In this document: positions 1-6,435 of the stretch, in pieces | How the letters are laid out: each line of letters opens with the position of its first letter | Numbering within the stretch: position 1 is the first letter of the stretch | Assembly: GCA_017469465.1 (NCBI GenBank) | Contig: JAFUGH010000014.1 | Coordinates: 67,773-107,772 of the forward strand | DNA: 40,000 bases | Direction: 5' to 3' | DNA from: Clostridia bacterium | GTDB lineage: Bacteria > Bacillota > Clostridia > TANB77 > UBA1234 | Position numbers and translations under genes: made by a program | The notes under the pieces: generated by a model | Databases searched by the model: none | What the model saw: only the letters and a program-made list of their open reading frames with translations | What the model was told of the DNA's origin: nothing

Positions 1-337
1 GCATATTTTAAAACTAAATCCCAAGTATTTTGAATATATGAAAAATGGTACTAAAATTATTGAAGTAAGATTAAATGATGAAAAGAGAAGAAATATAAGA
101 GTAGGGGATTTAATAATATTTAAGAAGGAACCAGATTTAGTTGAAGAAATTCATACAATAGTAGAGAATCTTATATACCAAGACAGTTTTCAAAAATTAG
201 TTGATGAAATAGAAACATCTTTGTATTCGGATGTGACTGAAACAAAAGAAAAATACTTAGAGGATATATTTCATTTTTACACGAAAGAAGAAGAACAAAA
301 ATATGGCGTTGTTGGAATAAAAATAAAGAAGGTGTAA
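1..337 (+). CDS. ASCH (PUA-like) domain protein, 5' end probably just outside the window
   Basis: ORF track 38..337. The frame stays open back to base 2 (HILKLNPKYFEY upstream of the ATG), which fits the usual ASCH N-terminus followed by G.K.IEVRLNDEKRR. Stop TAA 335-337 lies 1 nt before the next ATG (339), so the genes are translationally coupled. Confidence 0.7.
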   Translation, partial: HILKLNPKYFEYMKNGTKIIEVRLNDEKRRNIRVGDLIIFKKEPDLVEEIHTIVENLIYQDSFQKLVDEIETSLYSDVTETKEKYLEDIFHFYTKEEEQKYGVVGIKIKKV

Positions 338-338
338 A

Positions 339-1817
339 ATGAAAAAAGTTTTATTAGATACAAATATGTTCATATATCTTTTGGACCATCATGTTTTGAA
401 TCCAAAAGTTGAAAAATTAACAAGAATGCTTTTTGACTCAGAAGAATATAAAATTGTTATTCACCCAAAAACAATAGTTGAGGCGCAAAAGATAAAAGAT
501 CCAGTATTAAAAGAAATCTTTTTATCTAAATTACGTATTTACAAACAAATTGATAAACCTCCAATTCCATCAGAAGAGTTTATAAAAAGTTTGAGAGTTT
601 CATCTGATAATGATGAAATTGATATAGAGTTATTATATTCTGTACAAAAAAATTGTGTGGAGTACTTTATTACAAATGATAACGATTTGAAGAAAAAAGC
701 ATCTCGAATAGGACTGGGTGAAAGGGTTTTAAGTATTGATGAAGCGTTGGAGTTTTTCAAACCTGTAAAGGAAGAATTTGTAGATATTCCTGCTTTTATA
801 GAAGAAGACTATTTACGAAATATGGAATTAGATGACCCGTTTTTTACAAGCCTAAGAAATGATTATTGGGGATTTGATAATTGGTTTTTAAGAAAGAAAG
901 AAGAAAAGGCATATGTAATTAGAAATGATAAAAGACAAATAACATCATTTTTAATGCTTAAAGAAGAACCAGAAGATGATGTAGACCAATCTCTATTAAA
1001 GCAACTGCCGAATCAGAAAAGAATTAAAGTATCAACGTTTAAGGTAACAAATAGAGGAAAAAGAATAGGAGAAACATTTATAAAAATAATGCTTAGATAT
1101 GCAAGCAAAAGGAATGTTAATCTTTTATATGTAACAGTATTTCCAAAACAGGCTCAGTTAATAACTCTACTATCTGATTATGGTTTCACACTTTATACAC
1201 AAAAAATGACAACCAACTCAGAAGGAATTTCTTTAATGGAAAATGTATATGTTAAATATTTGGATGATTATACTAGTTTCCCTAATATCGAATATACCAA
1301 TCAGGGAATTTTCCTAGTTCCTATTAGACCAGAGTACAATAAGTTGTTATTTCCTGAATCAGAAATTAATTTCCAGCTATCATTGGATGATTATAGAGGT
1401 GAAATAACTTCGTCAAATGCTATAAAAAAAGCATATATATGTAATTCCAATACGAAACAAATTAAAAATGGAGATTTATTATTCTTTTACTCGACAAGAG
1501 AAAACATGAGAATGACAGCAATAGGGGTCGTTGATGAGGTATATGATCGTTTTGATAGTATTGACGATATTTTCGACATAGTGAGAAAAAGAACAGCGTA
1601 TTCTAATGAACAATTAAAAGATGTTGCAAGATTAGATAGCTTAGTAATCTTATTTAAACACTACTTATCTTTTGAACAAGAAATTAGATATAGAGATTTA
1701 ATAGAAATGGGTGTTATATCCAGTGGAATTCAACAAATTCAAAAAATAAATCAAGAAAAGATGAGTTTAATCATTTCAAGAGATGATAGTGTCGCAAATC
1801 ATATAAAATTTAATTAA
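339..1817 (+). CDS. 492-aa fusion: N-terminal PIN-like domain, central GNAT acetyltransferase-like domain, C-terminal PUA-like (ASCH/EVE-like) domain
   Basis: N-terminus LLDTNMFIYLLD ... FITNDNDLKKKA fits the PIN acidic-residue pattern. The middle KVSTFKVTNRGKRIGETFIKIMLRYA..LLYVTVF..LITLLSDYGF fits the GNAT motif A region. The C-terminus IKNGDLLFFYSTRE..MTAIGVVDEVY resembles an ASCH/EVE beta-barrel core. Domain calls are by eye only. Confidence 0.55.
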   Translation: MKKVLLDTNMFIYLLDHHVLNPKVEKLTRMLFDSEEYKIVIHPKTIVEAQKIKDPVLKEIFLSKLRIYKQIDKPPIPSEEFIKSLRVSSDNDEIDIELLYSVQKNCVEYFITNDNDLKKKASRIGLGERVLSIDEALEFFKPVKEEFVDIPAFIEEDYLRNMELDDPFFTSLRNDYWGFDNWFLRKKEEKAYVIRNDKRQITSFLMLKEEPEDDVDQSLLKQLPNQKRIKVSTFKVTNRGKRIGETFIKIMLRYASKRNVNLLYVTVFPKQAQLITLLSDYGFTLYTQKMTTNSEGISLMENVYVKYLDDYTSFPNIEYTNQGIFLVPIRPEYNKLLFPESEINFQLSLDDYRGEITSSNAIKKAYICNSNTKQIKNGDLLFFYSTRENMRMTAIGVVDEVYDRFDSIDDIFDIVRKRTAYSNEQLKDVARLDSLVILFKHYLSFEQEIRYRDLIEMGVISSGIQQIQKINQEKMSLIISRDDSVANHIKFN

Positions 1818-1818
1818 G

Positions 1819-1860
1819 AATAAGACAAATTGCAAAAAGAAGCAATTTGTCTTATTTTTT
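1819..1860 (+). terminator. intrinsic terminator after the PIN-GNAT gene
   Basis: 15-bp perfect stem AATAAGACAAATTGC / GCAATTTGTCTTATT, 8-nt loop, followed by a T-run. Confidence 0.85.
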
Positions 1861-1939
1861 GCTTTACTATTCTTTTTCATATGGTATAATTGTATTAACA
1901 ATAATGCTTATAAGCATATATGTTAATAAAGGAGAAGAA

Positions 1940-2305
1940 ATGGATAAAAAATTTGGAGAATTGGTTAAACAATATAGAGGAAACAGGAGCTTACAAAATC
2001 TTGGAAATGAAATTGGGGTTACTGCTTCATACTTATCAGATATTGAAAAAGGAAATAGAATTCCTTCTATAGATAAAGTTGATAAACTTATTAAAGTATT
2101 TAAATTAGAGGGGAAAGAAAAAAATCAATTTTACGATTTAGTGGCCGATGAAAGTCCAAACAAATATAAAGTTTCAGGAGATATTGCAGAATACATAATG
2201 AAAAATGATTACTTGAGGGAACTCATAAGATTGGCTAAAGAAAAAAATGTGAAAAAAACGTATTGGAAAAATAAAATCGAAGAGATTAAAGCAGAGGGGG
2301 TATAA
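1940..2305 (+). CDS. XRE-family helix-turn-helix transcriptional regulator
   Basis: Start moved to ATG 1940, which sits behind the SD AAAGGAGAAG. LQNLGNEIGVTASYLSDIEKGNRIPS is a classic HTH_3 motif. The track start at 1847 overlaps the terminator and promoter. Confidence 0.85.
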   Translation: MDKKFGELVKQYRGNRSLQNLGNEIGVTASYLSDIEKGNRIPSIDKVDKLIKVFKLEGKEKNQFYDLVADESPNKYKVSGDIAEYIMKNDYLRELIRLAKEKNVKKTYWKNKIEEIKAEGV

Positions 2306-2307
2306 CT

Positions 2308-2676
2308 ATGTGTAATATATTAATATCTATTAATCCAGAACATGTTGAAAACATTTTTAATGGAAGTAAAAAGTATGAATACAGGAAGGTTAAATGCAAA
2401 AAAGAGATTGATAAAATAATAATATACTCAACTTATCCTGTTAAAAAGGTTGTAGGTGAAGCAACTGTGGAAGAAATACTAGAAGATTCTCCAGAAGTTA
2501 TATGGAATGAAACAAAGGATGAATCGGGCATTAATCTTAATTTCTATGAACAATATTTCAAGAATAGAAATAAGGCTGTGGCATATAAATTGAAAGACAT
2601 AAAAAAATATAATAAACCTAAGTCCTTATTGAATTATGGAATTAAATCAGCACCACAATCATATGTGTATGTTTAA
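2308..2676 (+). CDS. ASCH domain protein (COG4933-like small PUA-fold protein)
   Basis: LISINPEHVENIFNGSKKYEYRK....IIIYSTYPVKKVVGEATV is the typical ASCH N-terminal pattern. The ATG is 2 nt after the XRE stop, so the genes are coupled. Confidence 0.8.
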   Translation: MCNILISINPEHVENIFNGSKKYEYRKVKCKKEIDKIIIYSTYPVKKVVGEATVEEILEDSPEVIWNETKDESGINLNFYEQYFKNRNKAVAYKLKDIKKYNKPKSLLNYGIKSAPQSYVYV

Positions 2677-2720
2677 AAAGGTTATTTAATAGAAGATTTA
2701 ATAAGTAGAAAGGACAAACC

Positions 2721-3485
2721 ATGATTTATATTACAGGTGACACTCATGCAGATTTTTCAAGATTTGAAGATGGTAAATTTTCAATACAAAATGAAATGAC
2801 GAAAGATGACTTTGTAATCATTTGCGGTGATTTTGGTGGCGTATGGACTTATGAAATGGAAAGTATTTTAGAGCAAAAGAATTTAGATTGGCTTAATACT
2901 AGAAATTTTACTACACTGTTTGTAGATGGAAACCATGAAAACTATACAAGATTATATAATGATTATCCAGTAATAGAATGGCATGGTGGAAAAGTACATA
3001 AAATTAGAGATTCTGTATTACACTTAATGCGTGGAGAAGTTTTCGACATAGATGGAAAAACAATATTTGCATTTGGTGGTGCAAGATCACATGATATTCA
3101 AGATGGAATACTTAATTTAGATGAAGAGGAGAAGATATATGAATATCGAAAAAGAGGTGCATATTTTAGAATAAGAGATTATTCTTGGTGGGATTTAGAA
3201 TTGCCAACGGAAGCGGAAATGAAAAATGGAATTGCAAATCTGGAAAAGAATAATTTCAAAGTAGATTATATTATTACACATTGCTGCCCAACCAATGTTC
3301 AAACATTAGTAAATTTAAGATATAAAAAAGATTACTTAACTGATTATTTGCAAACGATAGCAGAAAAGTGTGATTTCAAAAAATGGTTCTTTGGACACTA
3401 TCACGAAAACAAACATATTAATCCTCAATACACATTGATATATGAAGGTATAGAACCATTGGAATATGTTAAAGAGTTCATATAA
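2721..3485 (+). CDS. calcineurin-like metallophosphoesterase
   Basis: Motifs GDTHAD, ICGDFGG, VDGNHENY and GHYH. SD AAAGGA lies upstream. Confidence 0.85.
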   Translation: MIYITGDTHADFSRFEDGKFSIQNEMTKDDFVIICGDFGGVWTYEMESILEQKNLDWLNTRNFTTLFVDGNHENYTRLYNDYPVIEWHGGKVHKIRDSVLHLMRGEVFDIDGKTIFAFGGARSHDIQDGILNLDEEEKIYEYRKRGAYFRIRDYSWWDLELPTEAEMKNGIANLEKNNFKVDYIITHCCPTNVQTLVNLRYKKDYLTDYLQTIAEKCDFKKWFFGHYHENKHINPQYTLIYEGIEPLEYVKEFI

Positions 3486-3512
3486 ATGTAATATATTATG
3501 GAGGTTAATACA

Positions 3513-4151
3513 ATGAAAGATGGTAAAACGCCTGATCCAAATACAATTTATCCGATTAACGGATATGATAAAGAAATATATATAAAGCCGACTATTAAGA
3601 ACAAAAACATTATTGTAGGAGATTTTTCATATATTGCAGATTCTGATTTTGAAAGCCATGTAACACATCATTATGAATGGAATAATGATAAGTTAATTAT
3701 AGGAAAGTTCTGTCAGATTGCTTCAGGAGTTGAATTTGTAATGAATGGAGCAAATCATCAAATGAATGCTGTTTCTACATTTCCATTTTACACTTTAGAA
3801 GGATGGGAACAAACACCACCAACACAAAATGATTTACCAATTAAGGGAGATACTATTATTGGTAATGATGTGTGGATAGGTCAAAACGCGACTATTCTTC
3901 CAGGAGTACATATTGGAGATGGAGCAATCATTGGCGCTAATAGTGTTGTTGGAAGTAATGTTGAGCCATATACGATTGTAGCAGGCAATCCATCAAAGCC
4001 AATTAGAAAAAGGTTTGATGATGAATTAATTGATATTATGGAAAAGCTAAAATGGTGGGATAAGAGTATTGAAGAAATAAATGGTTTAATTCCATTATTA
4101 ACATCAAGTGATTTAGAAAAAGTGAAAGAAGAATTATCAAAATTAGTTTAA
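3513..4151 (+). CDS. vat: Vat-family streptogramin A / xenobiotic O-acetyltransferase (hexapeptide repeat)
   Basis: MNGANHQM..STFPF, LPIKGDTIIGNDVWIG, GDGAIIGANSVV, AGNPSKPIRKRF and KWW closely match remembered Vat(D)/SatA blocks. Start moved to ATG 3513, 7 nt after GGAGG. Confidence 0.85.
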   Translation: MKDGKTPDPNTIYPINGYDKEIYIKPTIKNKNIIVGDFSYIADSDFESHVTHHYEWNNDKLIIGKFCQIASGVEFVMNGANHQMNAVSTFPFYTLEGWEQTPPTQNDLPIKGDTIIGNDVWIGQNATILPGVHIGDGAIIGANSVVGSNVEPYTIVAGNPSKPIRKRFDDELIDIMEKLKWWDKSIEEINGLIPLLTSSDLEKVKEELSKLV

Positions 4152-4155
4152 GATA

Positions 4156-4186
4156 GATGCCCTCGTTACTGAAGAGGGCATCTTTT
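4156..4186 (+). terminator. intrinsic terminator after vat (first part of repeated module, copy A)
   Basis: GATGCCCTC / GAGGGCATC stem followed by TTTT. Confidence 0.8.
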
Positions 4187-4267
4187 GCATTATAAGACTC
4201 AACTTTCATACTGATGATGACGTCAAATGTCAGTACAAAAATCAAATTGCAAAGTGCTAATCTTTCC

Positions 4268-4422
4268 TTGACAGTCTATCTACAGTCAACCCCACGGAAA
4301 ATACGGAAAATACGGAAAGAAAAACTAAGACACGAATCATACTTAGAGTGTCAGAAAACGTAAGCGTATCAGTGCATATATGGTAAAAAACAAAGAATTT
4401 CCCGAAGGCCTTAGTAAAAATT
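4268..4422. repeat. ~155-bp intergenic repeat element, copy A
   Basis: Starts CCTTGACAGTCTATCTACAGTCAACCCCACGGAAAAT... and ends ...CCCGAAGGCCTTAGTAAAAATT. It is homologous to 6436..6602 and 18833..18987. Confidence 0.8.
4294..4319. repeat. 9-bp tandem array ACGGAAAAT, about 3 units (copy A)
   Basis: ACGGAAAAT ACGGAAAAT ACGGAAAG read directly. Confidence 0.9.
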
Positions 4423-4462
4423 ACTACATCAAAAAAATTCTATATCTTGATACATATCGAGA

Positions 4463-4490
4463 TTGCAAAAACTTTCTTTTTTGATATAAT
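4463..4490 (+). promoter_or_regulatory. putative sigma-A promoter (TTGCAA, extended -10 TGATATAAT)
   Basis: TTTTTTGATATAAT at 4477-4490. The same 16-mer promoter core recurs at 13074-13090. Confidence 0.5.
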
Positions 4491-4552
4491 CAGAATATAA
4501 GGAACAATTAGTAATTATAAATGCAAATAGTAAGTTAAAAGGGAGTGATTTC

Positions 4553-4645
4553 ATGCCACTCGGAGTAACAATAGCTATTATATTTGTAATTGAGGTTAGA
4601 ATTTATGCTGATTTGAAAAAGAGAAATAAATATTTATTAGAATAA
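4553..4645 (+). CDS. 30-aa hydrophobic/basic peptide (MPLGVTIAIIFVIEVRIYADLKKRNKYLLE), below the ORF-track cutoff
   Basis: Strong SD AAAAGGGAG 7 nt upstream of the ATG. It has one predicted TM stretch and a Lys/Arg tail. Its own promoter lies upstream and the shared terminator at 4722-4757 lies downstream. Confidence 0.4.
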   Translation: MPLGVTIAIIFVIEVRIYADLKKRNKYLLE

Positions 4646-4721
4646 ATAATAAGTTATGAGGGATATCATATATGAAAACAAAAGAACGAAGTTATTTTCA
4701 ACTTTAAAAATGCGTGAAAGC

Positions 4722-4757
4722 AAAAGCAGAGATGGCATATATACCATCTCTGCTTTT
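4722..4757. terminator. bidirectional terminator between convergent transcripts
   Basis: AAAAGCAGAGATGG / CCATCTCTGCTTTT, 14-bp stem flanked by an A-run and a T-run. Confidence 0.85.
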
Positions 4758-4762
4758 ATTAA

Positions 4763-4996
4763 TTAGAAACCACCGCCATAGTCGTAGGTCGGACGACCAT
4801 CCTTGGTAGAATGAACATTGGTGATGCTACCGTCAGGCTGGATGTCGTACGACAAATGCCAGTTGCGACTCGTCGCATAAACAGAAACATGCGTCACTCC
4901 ACCAGAATGGGTTTCGTGCTTGCCACCACCAGCGGCAAGAATCGCCCGCTCCATTTCCTGAACATTCACCTTACCAGGATTATTGTACAGCGCCAT
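4763..4996 (-). CDS. 77-aa hypothetical protein with anomalous GC content (~51% by hand count)
   Basis: Start moved to the second ATG (4996), 7 nt behind the SD GAGGAG. Terminator lies downstream. Codons are G/C-rich, unlike every neighbouring gene. No family recognised (MALYNNPGKVNVQEMERAILAAGGGKHETHSGG...). Confidence 0.65.
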   Translation of the reverse strand: MALYNNPGKVNVQEMERAILAAGGGKHETHSGGVTHVSVYATSRNWHLSYDIQPDGSITNVHSTKDGRPTYDYGGGF

Positions 4997-5022
4997 AGAA
5001 GATCTCCTCTTCATTTTATTTT

Positions 5023-5043
5023 TAATACGCTATTTGCGTATTA
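5023..5043. promoter_or_regulatory. inverted repeat TAATACGC-N5-GCGTATTA just upstream of the GC-rich ORF's SD
   Basis: 8-bp perfect arms read directly. The position fits an operator or a 5'-UTR hairpin. Confidence 0.4.
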
Positions 5044-5233
5044 AATGCTCAAATATAATTATATAGATTTGAAAAGAATAGCCATATGTCTTATAACATA
5101 CGACATAATATCATAGCTTATGCATTATGTCAACGTTTTTACGAAAACTTTTTCAATATTTTTCTGAACTTATACGTAATTCAATAATTTATTCGTTAAT
5201 TTTGATATCAAAGATAAAGTGCAAAAATCGTCA

Positions 5234-5262
5234 AAATAAAGTGCAAATATTGCACTTTATTT
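5234..5262. promoter_or_regulatory. perfect palindrome AAATAAAGTGCAA-ATA-TTGCACTTTATTT upstream of fic, with an extra half-site at 5214-5225
   Basis: 13-bp perfect arms. The direct copy ATAAAGTGCAAA lies 20 bp upstream. The site sits just upstream of the probable promoter (GGTATAAT at 5285-5292). Confidence 0.55.
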
Positions 5263-5313
5263 CTTGCTATTGCTGAAAAAAGTTGGTATAATAGTATATA
5301 GGAGGTAGTTTCA

Positions 5314-6369
5314 ATGGGTAAAAATAAAAATTGGAATGTGGAATTATCTGAATATATTAAGCAAGGTGAACCAACTAGAGTAGAAAAAACAAAAGCATGG
5401 GAAACAGCAATTGGGCTTCAGGATGTTGATGGATTGAAACCTTCTAAATATTTGATTAAAACAGCGAAAGAACATATTGAAGGAAATATTGATATTGCAG
5501 AAGCAAAGGAAAGAATTAATCAATACTACGAAGAAGTAGATAATAGGAAAAAGATAGAAGAGGAAAATGAAGAAGCGGATAAAGTTGCTGTTAGAATCAC
5601 TGAGATTTTAAGTGAGAAAACTTTTAGCTTTATTCCAAATGAATTATTAAATATTCATAAGAGATTATTTAATGGTATTTTTAAGGGTGCTGGAGTATAT
5701 AGAGATTATAATTTTACTAAAAAAGAATGGGTGTTAAATGGTGATACTGTTTTATATGCACCATTCGAAACGATAAAAGAGGCTTTAGAATACGACTTTA
5801 ATCAAGAAAAAGAGTTTTCATATAAAGACTTAGGTATGGAAGAAGCAGTTAAGCATATATGCAAATTTGTTTCAAATATATGGCAGGTGCATCCGTTTTG
5901 TGAAGGTAATACAAGAACGACAGCAGTATTTTTAATAAAGTATTTACGAACATTTGGATTTAATGTAAATGATGATATTTTTGCAGACAATTCATGGTAT
6001 TTTAGAAATGCTTTAGTGAGAGCAAATTATAAGAATTTTGATAAAGGGGTTTTTGAAGATATAACATTTTTAGAAAAATTCTTTAGCAATTTGTTAATGG
6101 GAACAAATTATGAATTAAAAAATAGATACTTGCATATCGATTATAAATCAGATACTGATGACAAAAAAATTAATGAGAGTAAATATACAATAGAAGAACA
6201 AGCAATCATTAATCTATTAAAAGACAATCCAACAATAAACCAAGAAGAAATTGCAAAACATATTGGCAAGTCTTTAAGAACAGTTAAAACATATATGTCT
6301 GAAATGCAGGAGAAAGGTATAATCGCAAGAAAAAATAGTAAGAAAAGTGGCGAGTGGATCATATCATAA
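5314..6369 (+). CDS. fic: Fic/DOC (Fido) family protein with C-terminal winged-HTH
   Basis: The Fic core motif is present as HPFCEGNTRTTA (canonical is HPFx[D/E]GNGRxxR). The C-terminus INQEEIAKHIGKSLRTVKTYMSEMQEKGII is HTH-like. SD GGAGG. Confidence 0.85.
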   Translation: MGKNKNWNVELSEYIKQGEPTRVEKTKAWETAIGLQDVDGLKPSKYLIKTAKEHIEGNIDIAEAKERINQYYEEVDNRKKIEEENEEADKVAVRITEILSEKTFSFIPNELLNIHKRLFNGIFKGAGVYRDYNFTKKEWVLNGDTVLYAPFETIKEALEYDFNQEKEFSYKDLGMEEAVKHICKFVSNIWQVHPFCEGNTRTTAVFLIKYLRTFGFNVNDDIFADNSWYFRNALVRANYKNFDKGVFEDITFLEKFFSNLLMGTNYELKNRYLHIDYKSDTDDKKINESKYTIEEQAIINLLKDNPTINQEEIAKHIGKSLRTVKTYMSEMQEKGIIARKNSKKSGEWIIS

Positions 6370-6387
6370 TAAACATTCAATTTATGG

Positions 6388-6418
6388 TGTCCTCATTATT
6401 GAAGAGGGCATCTTTTTT
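6388..6418 (+). terminator. intrinsic terminator after fic (repeated module, copy B)
   Basis: TGTCCTC / GAGGGCA stem plus a T-run. The right arm GAAGAGGGCATCTTTT is identical to the copy A terminator. Confidence 0.75.
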
Positions 6419-6435
6419 ATATATCAAGATCTACC

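Noticed and set aside
4268-4273. TTGACA at the start of each ~155-bp repeat as a sigma-A promoter -35 box
   Set aside because: The sequence 16-18 nt downstream is CCCACG, ACCCAC or CCTCAC in the three copies, so there is no -10 hexamer. I treat TTGACA as part of the ACAGTC direct-repeat motif instead.
4294-4319. The 9-bp tandem arrays as a CRISPR array or minisatellite-encoded peptide
   Set aside because: The units are contiguous with no spacers and far too short for CRISPR repeats. No cas genes are present, and no conserved reading frame exists.
4656-4766. 36-aa ORF MRDIIYENKRTK... and 11-aa MKTKERSYFQL* downstream of the 30-aa peptide
   Set aside because: The first has no SD and runs through the terminator stem. 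The second is too short and unsupported.
4811-5044. 77-aa + strand ORF antisense to the GC-rich gene
   Set aside because: It has no SD or promoter. The minus-strand frame has a well-spaced SD, a downstream terminator and sensible codon periodicity. GC-rich DNA commonly opens spurious antisense frames.
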